Below, piece by piece: positions 15,997 to 25,000 of a stretch of 64,000 nucleotides of DNA. Numbering within the stretch: the first letter of the stretch is position 1; each line of letters opens with the position of its first letter. The notes beneath the pieces were generated by a model. It had not been told where the DNA came from. It searched no databases and saw only the letters and a program-made list of their open reading frames with translations. Source of the DNA: Actinomycetota bacterium (GTDB lineage Bacteria; Actinomycetota; Acidimicrobiia; Acidimicrobiales; VFJN01); the NCBI GenBank assembly GCA_046726215.1, contig JBKPAA010000060.1:4520-68519 (forward strand), given 5' to 3'. Made by a program: the position numbers and the translations under genes.

Positions 15997-18099
15997 ATGG
16001 CCGGCGCACCTACGCATTCGGAAATCCACGGCGATCACGGGACCGACCCCGGCGCGTCGCACCGCCACACCGACGCCCACCACGGCCCCGATGCCCACCC
16101 TGGCCACGCCGGCCATGGCGGGCACGACCAGCATGCTGGGCACGACCCGGAGATGTTCCGGCGGCGCTTCTGGCTGAGCCTGGCGCTGACCATCCCGCTG
16201 GTCGTGACGAGCGAGATGGTCATGGACTGGTTCGGCTACTCGCTCGACTTCTGGGGGATGGACCTGCTGGGATCGGTCCTCGGCTCGCTCGTGTTCTGGT
16301 GGGGGGGCTGGCCGTTCCTGGCCGGGGGCGTGGCCGAGCTGAGGGACCGGCAGCCGGGGATGATGCTGCTGATCTCGATGGCCATCACCGTGGCCTACGC
16401 CGCCTCGATGGCCACCAGCCTCGGCTGGTTCGACCTCGACTTCTGGTGGGAGCTGGCGGCGCTGGTCACGATCATGCTGCTGGGCCATTGGCAGGAGATG
16501 AAGGCGATCGGTCAGGCCCAGGGAGCCCTGGCGGCCCTGGCCGAGCTGCTGCCCGACAACGCCGAGCGCACCGGGCCCGACGGCCAGGTGACGACCGTCC
16601 CCCTGGCCGACCTGCGTCCCAGGGACGTCGTGCTGGTGCGCCCGGGCGCCCGCGTCCCCGCCGACGGCGAGATCGTCGCGGGCGAGGCCGAGCTGGACGA
16701 ATCCATGATCACCGGCGAGTCGCGGCCGGTGCTCAAGTCGCCGGGCGACAAGGTCGTGGCGGGCACCGTGTCCATCGATTCGGCCATCCGGGTGCGCGTG
16801 GAGGCGGTGGGCGACGACACGGCCCTGGCCGGCATCCAGCGGCTGGTCGCCGAGGCGCAAGCGAGCCGCAGCCGGGCACAAGCGCTCGCCGACCGGTTCG
16901 CGGCGCTGCTGTTCTACGTAGCGACCGCTGCCGGCCTGGCGACGTTCCTCGTGTGGTGGGCGCTGGGCGACACCGACAACGCCGTGGTCCGGACCGTGAC
17001 CGTGCTCGTGATCGCCTGCCCCCACGCCCTCGGCCTGGCGATCCCGCTGGTGATCTCCCTGTCGACCGCGGTGTCGGCCAGGGCCGGCATCCTGATCAAG
17101 GACCGGCTGGCCCTCGAGCGGATGCGCACCATCGACGCCGTCCTGTTCGACAAGACCGGCACGCTGACCCGCGGTGCCCACGTGGTCACGAGGGTGGCGG
17201 CGGCCGAGGATTTCACGGAGGACGAGGTGCTGCGCATCGCCGGCGGCGTCGAGTCCGACAGCGAGCACCCGCTGGCCCGGGCCATCGTCGCCGCCGCCAA
17301 GGAACGCGGCGATGTGGCGGCGGCCACTGGCTTTCGGTCCCTCACCGGGCGGGGGGTGGCGGCGATCGTCGACGGGACCGCGAACGCGGTGGGTGGACCG
17401 GCCCTGCTGCGGGAGCGCGGCGTCAAGATCCCTACCGAGCTCGGGGACAGCATCGAAGGCTGGCGATCACGGGGCGCGGCCGTTCTGTACCTCGTGCGGG
17501 GGGACAAGGTGATCGGGGCGTTCGCCCTGGAGGACGAGGTCCGGCCCGAGGCGCGCGAGGCGGTCGCCGAGCTGCGGTCGACGGGGATCAAGGTGGTGAT
17601 GATCACCGGCGACGCCCGGCAGGTCGCCGAGGCGGTCGCCGCCGACCTGGGGATCGACGAGGCGTTCGCCGAGGTGCTGCCCGAGGACAAGGCCCGCTCG
17701 GTCGCGGAGCTGCAGAGCCGCGGCCTGTCGGTGGCGATGGTGGGCGATGGCGTCAACGATGCCCCGGCGCTGGCCCAGGCGGACGTCGGGATCGCCATCG
17801 GTGCGGGCACCGACGTCGCCATCGAGTCGGCCGGTGTCGTCCTCGCCAGGAGCGACCCGCGGGGCGTCGTCGCGGTCATCAAGCTGTCCCGAGCCAGCTA
17901 CGGCAAGATGGTCGAGAACCTGATCTGGGCCGCCGGGTACAACGTCCTGGCCATCCCGCTGGCGGCCGGCGTGCTCGCCTGGGCGGGTCTGACGCTCTCC
18001 CCCGCGATCGGCGCCATCCTCATGAGCGCGTCGACCATCGTGGTCGCCCTCAACGCCCAGCTGCTGCGCGGCGTCGACCTGTCGCCCGAGCCGGTCTAG
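15997..18099 (+). CDS. copB: Copper-translocating P1B-type ATPase, CPH/His-rich N-terminus subtype (CopB-like)
   Basis: The N-terminus is His-rich (HSEIHGDHGTDPGASHRHTDAHHGPDAHPGHAGHGGHDQHAGH). The motifs are TM CPH (VIACPHALGLAIP), DKTGTLT, SEHPLA and VAMVGDGVNDAPAL. ATG 15997 has a GGGAGG RBS 8 nt upstream. Confidence 0.93.
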   Translation: MAGAPTHSEIHGDHGTDPGASHRHTDAHHGPDAHPGHAGHGGHDQHAGHDPEMFRRRFWLSLALTIPLVVTSEMVMDWFGYSLDFWGMDLLGSVLGSLVFWWGGWPFLAGGVAELRDRQPGMMLLISMAITVAYAASMATSLGWFDLDFWWELAALVTIMLLGHWQEMKAIGQAQGALAALAELLPDNAERTGPDGQVTTVPLADLRPRDVVLVRPGARVPADGEIVAGEAELDESMITGESRPVLKSPGDKVVAGTVSIDSAIRVRVEAVGDDTALAGIQRLVAEAQASRSRAQALADRFAALLFYVATAAGLATFLVWWALGDTDNAVVRTVTVLVIACPHALGLAIPLVISLSTAVSARAGILIKDRLALERMRTIDAVLFDKTGTLTRGAHVVTRVAAAEDFTEDEVLRIAGGVESDSEHPLARAIVAAAKERGDVAAATGFRSLTGRGVAAIVDGTANAVGGPALLRERGVKIPTELGDSIEGWRSRGAAVLYLVRGDKVIGAFALEDEVRPEAREAVAELRSTGIKVVMITGDARQVAEAVAADLGIDEAFAEVLPEDKARSVAELQSRGLSVAMVGDGVNDAPALAQADVGIAIGAGTDVAIESAGVVLARSDPRGVVAVIKLSRASYGKMVENLIWAAGYNVLAIPLAAGVLAWAGLTLSPAIGAILMSASTIVVALNAQLLRGVDLSPEPV

Positions 18100-18158
18100 C
18101 TCACCCGGAAGCCGGGGGTACCGAAGCAGGGGGCGCCACCATAGGTCGGAGCGGCGTG

Positions 18159-18740
18159 TCAGTCCGGGGGCGGCGGGCACTCGACCCCGGCCATGCGCAC
18201 GAGCCCGCACCATGTGTCCCGTGAGACCTTCCAGGCGTCGCCGACACGCACTGCGTGGCCCGTCTGGCGCAGGCCAGACGGGCCGAACTGCGATACGAAC
18301 AGCGTGAAGTGGACCTCGGCCTCGTCGTCGGTCAGGAACCTGACGTATTCGACCGACACGTCTGCCGGCTGATAGCGGCCATGGAGCTCGTGCATGGCGG
18401 GCGCCAGGTTCTCGCCGCCCGCGATCGCTCGGCAGCGCTCCTCGACGGACGACTCGGGGCCGAACACCGTCTCGAACGCCCACTCGACTGCGGCCTCGGA
18501 GGCATCGCGGTCGGCGACCGCGCCGGGCGTGGGCCGGATGCGCAGCAGCTTCTGGCCAGGTGCGGCCGACGCCACGGCTGCGTGGGCCTGGGCCACGCAG
18601 CCGTCGCAGATGTAGACACCCCGAGCCCGGACCAGGTGGTCGACGGACGTGTCGCGGCGACCGCAGAACGAGCACCGCAGCGGTCCCCCACCGCGGCCGC
18701 CGAACGACGTCGTTCCCAAGATCGAGGCCATGGTCCCCAT
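18159..18740 (-). CDS. ClpX-type C4 zinc-ribbon protein with an NTF2-like C-terminal domain
   Basis: The N-terminal CSFCGRRDTSVDHLVRARGVYICDGC (C-x2-C-x18-C-x2-C) matches the ClpX zinc-binding domain. The C-terminal ~130 aa end in an NTF2-like strand pattern (EVHFTLFVS...GHAVRVGDAWKVSRDTW). There is no AAA+ module. Confidence 0.75.
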   Translation of the reverse strand: MGTMASILGTTSFGGRGGGPLRCSFCGRRDTSVDHLVRARGVYICDGCVAQAHAAVASAAPGQKLLRIRPTPGAVADRDASEAAVEWAFETVFGPESSVEERCRAIAGGENLAPAMHELHGRYQPADVSVEYVRFLTDDEAEVHFTLFVSQFGPSGLRQTGHAVRVGDAWKVSRDTWCGLVRMAGVECPPPPD

Positions 18741-18848
18741 CGTGCCCCGTGGGGCCGGGGGGTGTGGCCCTGGGCGGGCGGTTCGGCGCTGTTTTGTGCG
18801 AGGACCGCAGGTGGACGGCGCCGGATCGGGTTGCGGGCATGGCCGCCG

Positions 18849-19637
18849 TCAGCTGAACCGCGTGACATAACCGCGGCGGCGGAACACGGCCAACATCCGG
18901 ACGACGAACGCCAAGCCCACGGCGGCCGCCACGACGGCGCCCGCCATGCCGGCGGCCAGCTCGCCCCACGGGAGGGACCGGCCGTCCAACACCGCGCGTG
19001 CGGCCGCGAACGCGTGGGTCGTGGGCAGCACCCGGGCGATCGGTTGCAGGGGCCCGGGTATGGACTCCACGGGGTTGAACACGCCGGACAGCGCCATGAC
19101 GACGAACAGCACGCCCCACGCCAGGATCTCGGCGCTCTGGCCGTACCGGAGGATGAGCCCGATCACGAACTGCGACCCCGCCCACGCCGACACCAGCAAC
19201 ACGAGGGCGATGGGGGCGAGGCCCCAGCCGACCTCGGCCAGGTTGAAGCCGAAGAACACCAAGGCGGTGAGGACCACCGCGGTCATTCCGAGCGTCAGCT
19301 TGGCGAGCCCGTACAGGGCCAGGCCTATGGCGTACTCGACCTCCCGGAGGGGTGTGGTCATGATGTTGAGGAGGTTGCGGGTCCAGGTCTCCTCCATGAA
19401 CCCGGTCGTCACTGCGATCTGGCTCTGGTACAGGACGTGGAACAGCATGATCCCGGCCAGCAGGTAGGGCGTGCCGGCGCGGCTGGCGTCGTTCTCCTGG
19501 GCCACGAACGAGCCCAGGGCACCCCACACGACGACGTCGACCAGGGGCCAAACCGTCAGGTCGAACCACCGGTGCGGGCTGCGCCACAGCACCACGAAGT
19601 TGCGGTGCACAACCGTCCGGATCCGCAACCAGCTCAC
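18849..19637 (-). CDS. ABC-2 type transporter permease
   Basis: It has six TM segments and an N-terminal VHRNFVVLWRSP block. The GTG start at 19637 overlaps the ATPase stop (GTGA). Confidence 0.85.
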   Translation of the reverse strand: MSWLRIRTVVHRNFVVLWRSPHRWFDLTVWPLVDVVVWGALGSFVAQENDASRAGTPYLLAGIMLFHVLYQSQIAVTTGFMEETWTRNLLNIMTTPLREVEYAIGLALYGLAKLTLGMTAVVLTALVFFGFNLAEVGWGLAPIALVLLVSAWAGSQFVIGLILRYGQSAEILAWGVLFVVMALSGVFNPVESIPGPLQPIARVLPTTHAFAAARAVLDGRSLPWGELAAGMAGAVVAAAVGLAFVVRMLAVFRRRGYVTRFS

Positions 19638-20428
19638 TCGCGGGCCCCCTCGGTCAGGGTGCCGGCCAGCTCGAGGAAGACACCCTCGAGGTCGCCGTGG
19701 CCGAACCGGTCGGCGACCTCGGCCGGAGCGCCGTCGGCGACGATCCGGCCCCCGGAGATGAACACCACCCTCTGGCACAGTCGCTCGGCCTCCACCATGT
19801 TGTGGCTGGTGACGAGGAGCGCAGTGCCGGCGGTCCCCGACTCCTCCAGCAGCCCCTGGCGGACGCGGTAGGCCACGTCGGGGTCGAGCGAGGCGGTGGG
19901 TTCGTCGAGCACGAGCAGCCGGGGGCGATGGAGCACGGCCTTGACGATGCCGACCAACGTCCGCTGCCCCGAGGAGAGCTGCTCGCAGGGACGATCGGCC
20001 AGTTGCGGGATCCGGAAGCGCTCGAGGGCATCAGCGATGGCGGCATGAGCCGCACGTCCGCGGAGCCCGTAGAACCCGGCGAAGATGGCGAGCGCCTCCC
20101 GCACCTTGAGGCGGTCGGGCAGCGGGAGGTATCCGGCGGCGAATCCGACCTGGCCCATCGCCGCCGGTCGGTGGCGCGGCAGCTTGTGTCCGCCGATCTC
20201 GATGGTGCCGGCGTCGGGAGTGATGGCACCCAGCAGCATCAGGAGCGTGGTCGTCTTGCCCGCGCCGTTCGGGCCAAGCAGGCCCAGCCGTTCGCCCGCG
20301 CGCACGCTGAGGTCGATGCCGTCGACGGCGCGCACCGATCCGAACGACTTGACGAGGCCGGTCGCCTCGAGGACATGTTCCGCCACGACCGGCCAGTATT
20401 CCCGGGACGTGACCCACGCCGCAGCCAA
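19634..20428 (-). CDS. ABC transporter ATP-binding protein
   Basis: Walker A GPNGAGKTT, signature LSSGQRT and Walker B LLVLDEPT are present. The start is uncertain by about 13 codons. Confidence 0.9.
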   Translation of the reverse strand: MAAAWVTSREYWPVVAEHVLEATGLVKSFGSVRAVDGIDLSVRAGERLGLLGPNGAGKTTTLLMLLGAITPDAGTIEIGGHKLPRHRPAAMGQVGFAAGYLPLPDRLKVREALAIFAGFYGLRGRAAHAAIADALERFRIPQLADRPCEQLSSGQRTLVGIVKAVLHRPRLLVLDEPTASLDPDVAYRVRQGLLEESGTAGTALLVTSHNMVEAERLCQRVVFISGGRIVADGAPAEVADRFGHGDLEGVFLELAGTLTEGARE

Positions 20429-20479
20429 TTCCCGCTACCGCCGGGCCCCACGACGCCCCGGGGCGGCGCGCCCGGTCGG

Positions 20480-20716
20480 TCAGGCCGCGACCGAAGTGAA
20501 GCGGTCGACGTCGACCGGGGCCTCGCGGATCGCGTGTAGCCAGGCCTCGAAGCTGAGCTCGGCCGCACGGCGGCGGTAGGCCACGGCCAGGACCGGGTCG
20601 AGCCGTCCGGCCTGGGCCCGGAGACTTCGTGCCCGGCCCACCAGCGAGACGGGCCCCCCGGTCGTGTCGGACCGCGGCTCCGTGGGGTTCGGCTGGGGTG
20701 CGGTAGCTCGCGGCAT
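20480..20716 (-). CDS. Small 78-aa protein in the anti-sigma position (function unknown)
   Basis: The ATG lies 16 nt downstream of the sigma stop, with a GGAG RBS. GC3 is high. The C-terminal segment looks helical (LDPVLAVAYRRRAAELSFEAWLHAIREAP). Confidence 0.5.
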   Translation of the reverse strand: MPRATAPQPNPTEPRSDTTGGPVSLVGRARSLRAQAGRLDPVLAVAYRRRAAELSFEAWLHAIREAPVDVDRFTSVAA

Positions 20717-20732
20717 CTCGTTCTCCGGGGTG

Positions 20733-21503
20733 TCAGTTCGTCGTGGGCTTCTGTTGGACGGATTTGCCACCCAGAACTCGTCGGTCTTTTGCGCCCGAGT
20801 CGGCGACGTCGCCTTGGAGCAAGCCCAGCAGGGATTCCACGTCGACCTGTCCAAAGGCGTCGACGCACGCCGCCAGGTGCTGGCAGCGGGTGGCTTCGAC
20901 CGCCACGCGGCGTTCGGCCGTGCCGACGTCGGCGGCCGCGAGCGCGCTACGGGCTCGCTGGAGCGCACTGTTCACCGACGCGACCGTCGAGCCGAGCAGT
21001 TCGGCCACCTCCTCAGCCCTCCAGCGGAGAACCTCGCGCAGGATCAGGACGGTGCGTTGGCGGGATGGCAACCGCTGAAGCACCGTGAGCGCGAGCAGGA
21101 TCCTCTCTCGTGACGCCGTCGTCTCCGCCGGGTCGGCCGCCAACGCAGCACCGCTGCACGGTGCCCGCGCCGCACCATGCGGCGCCTCGTCATGCGTGAC
21201 CGGGCGGAGGTCCATGGGCCGGGCGCGGCGCTGGGGCCTACGCATCATGTCGGCGCACACGTTGGTGGCGATCCGGTACAGCCATGACCGCAACGTCGCC
21301 CGACCCTCGAAGCGGTCGAAGTTCCGCCACGCCCGCACCAGCGTCTCCTGGACGGCGTCCTCGGCCTCGAACGCCGATCCGAGCACACGCCGGCAATAGC
21401 CGGTGAGCTCCCGCCGGTGCTGCTCCAGCCCGGGCTGAAACGGCGCAGCCTCCCGGGACACCGCGCAGCCGGCGCGTTCGCGTGTCGCTATGAGGGTCGA
21501 CAT
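20733..21503 (-). CDS. ECF sigma factor, SigG-type N-terminus, lacking most of the usual C-terminal SnoaL/NTF2-like domain
   Basis: The blocks HRRELTGYCRRVLGSAFEAEDAVQETLVRAWRNFDRFEGRATLRSWLYRIATNVC and region 4 LPSRQRTVLILREVLRWRAEEVAELLGSTVASVNSALQRAR are present. The protein ends about 27 aa after VDAFGQVDVESLLGLL. ATG 21503 has a GGAGG RBS. Confidence 0.85.
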   Translation of the reverse strand: MSTLIATRERAGCAVSREAAPFQPGLEQHRRELTGYCRRVLGSAFEAEDAVQETLVRAWRNFDRFEGRATLRSWLYRIATNVCADMMRRPQRRARPMDLRPVTHDEAPHGAARAPCSGAALAADPAETTASRERILLALTVLQRLPSRQRTVLILREVLRWRAEEVAELLGSTVASVNSALQRARSALAAADVGTAERRVAVEATRCQHLAACVDAFGQVDVESLLGLLQGDVADSGAKDRRVLGGKSVQQKPTTN

Positions 21504-21550
21504 GGGGCGGGCACCTCCACGAGGCAACCTCGCACTGCGCAGGACTCACG

Positions 21551-21570
21551 ACATCGCCCACCTGGCTGAT
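21551..21570. repeat. 20-nt direct repeat ACATCGCCCACCTGGCTGAT (copy 1 of 2)
   Basis: It matches 22005-22024 at 19 of 20 positions. It lies immediately 3' of the NTF2-like gene stop codon (21571-21573). Confidence 0.85.
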
Positions 21571-22008
21571 TCAGGGACCCATGGTGGCCGACATCCCTCC
21601 CGGGCCGGGGACGTCGGCGGCCGGGCTGAGCTGCACGTTGACGATCGACCAGCGCCCGCGGCGGCGTATCGCGACCAGCGTGCCCAGGAAGCGTCCGCTG
21701 CAGTCCATGCCCTGGTAGCGGGCGGTCTGCGTCTGGATTCCCATGGCCACGGCCGCGTCGTCGTGTACCCGCACCCGGGTCTCCTCCCAGGCGAATGCGT
21801 CGTTGGCCAGGGCCCCGGTGCGGTAGCGATCGAGCCACTGCTGCTTGGTGAGGACGAAGCCTCGGGGCCCGTCGCCCCGGAAGTCGTCGTCGAGCAGCAC
21901 CTCGAGCACGGCGGCGTCGCCCCGCGCCTCGGCGTCGATCCACCCCGACAGCACGTCGTAGAAGGTCTCCAGACCGCCAACGCTCGCATCACCGTCGGCC
22001 CGGAACAT
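21571..22008 (-). CDS. NTF2-like (DUF4440/SnoaL-like) protein
   Basis: The pattern FYDVLSGWIDAEARGDAAVLEVLLDDDF...LTKQQWLDRY...GRFLGTLVAIRRRGRWSIVNVQLS is typical of DUF4440-type NTF2 folds. Confidence 0.8.
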   Translation of the reverse strand: MFRADGDASVGGLETFYDVLSGWIDAEARGDAAVLEVLLDDDFRGDGPRGFVLTKQQWLDRYRTGALANDAFAWEETRVRVHDDAAVAMGIQTQTARYQGMDCSGRFLGTLVAIRRRGRWSIVNVQLSPAADVPGPGGMSATMGP

Positions 22009-22024
22009 CGCCCACCTGGCTAAT
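22005..22024. repeat. 20-nt direct repeat ACATCGCCCACCTGGCTAAT (copy 2 of 2)
   Basis: It overlaps the ATG (22006-22008) of the NTF2-like gene. Confidence 0.85.
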
Positions 22025-22085
22025 CGGCCACACGGGGGCGCGGCCGCGCAAGACTGCTGGGTCGTGCGAGGCCAGGACGCACCCC

Positions 22086-25000
22086 ATGAGCGCTGACGAG
22101 CGTGCGTCGATCCTCCCGGCTGGGACGGTGACGTTCCTGGTCAGCGACGCGGCCCTATCCGACCTCGTCGCCGACGCCGCCGCCGGGCACAACGGCCTGC
22201 GAGCCGAGGCCCACGGTCCGGCAGGCGCGGACGGCACCGTCGTCGCCGTGTTCGGGTCGGCGGTCGATGCGGTGGCCGCCGCCGCCGACATCCAGCGCCA
22301 GCTGTTGGCCCGACCCGGGCCCGACGACGATGCAGCCCGCGCCCGAACCGGCCTGCACACGGGCGAGGCCCTCCTACGCGACGAGCGCTACTACGCCGGC
22401 GCGGCGTTGACGCGCTGCGCCCAGCTGCGTGACATCGCCCACGGGGGACAAACCCTGCTCTCGGCGGCGACGGCGTCGCTGGTCGCCAACGCACTACCGA
22501 CCGAATCCGTCCTCCGAGACCGGGGAACGCATCGGCTGCGTGACCTGTCCCACCCAGAACGGATCTTCGAGCTGCGCGCCGCCGGCGTCGAGCGCGACTT
22601 CCCGCCGCTGCGCTCGCTGGACGCGTTGGCCCACAACCTGCCGATCCAGTTGACAAGCTTCGTGGGCCGGGCCGCGGAGCTCGCCGCCGTGGAGCGCCTG
22701 CTCCGCGGCGAGCGCCTGGTGACCCTCACGGGGATGGGTGGGGCCGGCAAGACCCGCCTGGCGGCGCAGGCCGCCGCCGACCTGGCCGACCACTGGCCGG
22801 ACGGGGTGTGGTGGGTCGACCTCGGTCCCGTCACCGACCCGGCCCTGGTCGCAGAGTTGACCGCCTCCACCATCGGCGTCATGGTCGAGCCGGTCGGTGG
22901 GCCCCGGCGGGCGCTCTCGCTACAGCTGCGGGACCGCCGCGTGCTGGTTTGCCTCGACAATTGCGAGCACCTGCTCGAGGCCAGCGCCGCGCTGGCGGAG
23001 ACGATGCTGCGCACATGTTCCGAAGTCTCGGTGCTGGCGACCAGCCGCGAGCCGCTGGGCGTCCCCGGCGAGATGGTGTGGCGGGTGCCGTCCCTCCAGG
23101 AGGACGAGGCGGTGGCGCTCTTCGTCGACCGGGCGAGCCGAGTCCGTCCCTGGTTCACGCTCGACGCCACCAACGAGGCGGCGGTGCGAACGCTGTGCCG
23201 GCGCCTGGACGGGATCCCGCTGGCCGTCGAGCTGGCGGCGGCCTGGTTGCGCACGCTCACCCCGGCGCAGATTGCCGCCGGGCTCGACGACCGGTTCGCG
23301 CTGCTCGTCCGCGGGGTCCGGGGTGCCGCCCGCCGCCAGCAGACCCTGGCGGCCTCGATGGACTGGAGCCACGACCTGCTAGGCGAGACCGACCGCGTGG
23401 TGTTCCGCCGTCTCGGCGCGTTCGCAGGCGGGTTCACCCTGGGCGCGGCCCGTGCCCTATGCGCCGGCGGCGACGGAAGGCCCGTCGCCGAGTCGAACGT
23501 CCTCCCTGCGCTCGGGCGCCTTGTCGACAAGTCGCTGGTCGCCGTCGACGAGCGCGAGGGCGAGGCCCGGTACCGGCTGCTCGAGACGATTCGGCAGTAC
23601 GCCCTCGACAGGCTGGACGCGGCCGGAGAGCGGGACGCGACCCGCGAGCGGCACCTCGACCACTTCCTCGCCCTGGCTGAGGCGATCGCGCCGGAGCTGG
23701 AGGGCCCCGACCAGGACGCCTGCCTCGACCGGGTCGAGGCCGAGCACGACAACTTCCGGGCCGCGCTCAACTGGGGCCTCACGCCGCCCGCCTCCGAGCG
23801 GGGGCGGCGTCTGGCGGCGGCCCTGGTGTGGCTCTGGTACAAGCACGGCCACGGCGACGAGGGTCTCGAGTTCCTCCAGCGGGCCATCGACCTGGCCCCC
23901 GACGACCGCTCGCCCCTCCAGGCCCGGCTCCTGGTCGCCGCGGCCGCAATCGCTCAGGTGTGCGGGCAGTTTCGGCGCATCGTCGACTACGCGCAGCGCG
24001 GCGTGGAGGTCGCAACGCTCAACAATGACGAGCGAACACGGGGGCGATGCCTGTTCCTGTTGGCCGTGGTGCAGTTCTACGTCGACCTCGATGCCGCATG
24101 GGAGCTGTGCGTCCAGGCCCGGGCGTGCGCCGACGCCGCCGGCGACGCGTTCACGGCCGACAGCGCCCTGGTCGTCCAGGGATCTGTCCCCTGCGTCCGG
24201 GACCGGTACCAGACCGCCCTCCCCTTGCTGCAGGAGGGGGGTGAGCGTTGCCTGCGCCGGGGCGATCGCACGTTCGCGGCCCTGGCGCTCAACTACCAGG
24301 ACGAGATCGCCCTGTTCACCGGGGACATCCGGCTGGCGGACCGCCTCGCCATGCAGGCACTGGAGGTCGCCCGGCCGCTGGGCGACTACTACGCCGTCGG
24401 CCTGGCGACCTGCCACCTCGCCCTGGTCAAGGGATTCGCGGGCGACATCGACGGCGGGCTGACGCTCATGGAGCCGGTCGTTCGTTCCGTCGAGGGGGCG
24501 GATCACACCGTGTTCATCCCGAGGATGGGGTCGGTCCTGGGGAGGCTGCACCTGTGGGCCGGCGACCCCGACGCTGCGCTGGAGTGGTTCGACCGTGACG
24601 TGCGGACGATGGACCCGGTGTCCCCCGACAACCTCGTCGTCGCCCGCTCGCTGCCCGGGCTCGTGGCCGCGCTACGCAATCTCGGTCGGCGGGACGAGGC
24701 CCGGGGACTGGTGGACCGGGCGATCGCGCTGGCCCGCAAGCTGGACGTTCCCCATCTCGTTGCCGATGCGCTCGCGCAATCGGGACGGTTGACCGCCCCC
24801 GACGATCCCGACACGGCCGAGGACCTCCATCACCAAGCCCTCGCCCTTCGTGTCGACCACGGGATACGCACGTTCATGGTCGACGACATCGACGCCCTGG
24901 CGAAGCTCGCCTGCCGGGCCGAGAGCCATGCGGAAGCGGTCCGCCTCATCGCCGCCGCCGAGGTCGCCCGCGCCGAGATGGGCTGCCCGCGACCGCCGAT

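Noticed and set aside
15564-15998. Minus-strand 144-aa ORF, or the 89-aa plus-strand ORF, as the missing CsoR copper repressor.
   Set aside because: Neither is an all-helical ~90-100 aa protein with the C...H...C CsoR signature. The minus-strand ORF is Arg/Pro-rich shadow sequence. The plus-strand ORF is Pro/Gly-rich with a ribbon-like Cys pattern.
20733-21503. The truncated sigma as a simple frameshifted pseudogene, with its SnoaL domain hidden in another frame.
   Set aside because: I translated all three frames downstream of the stop (20480-20830) and none shows a SnoaL/NTF2-like continuation. A second paralog (39617-40333) ends at the same position. A natural short architecture or a clean deletion is therefore more likely than a frameshift.
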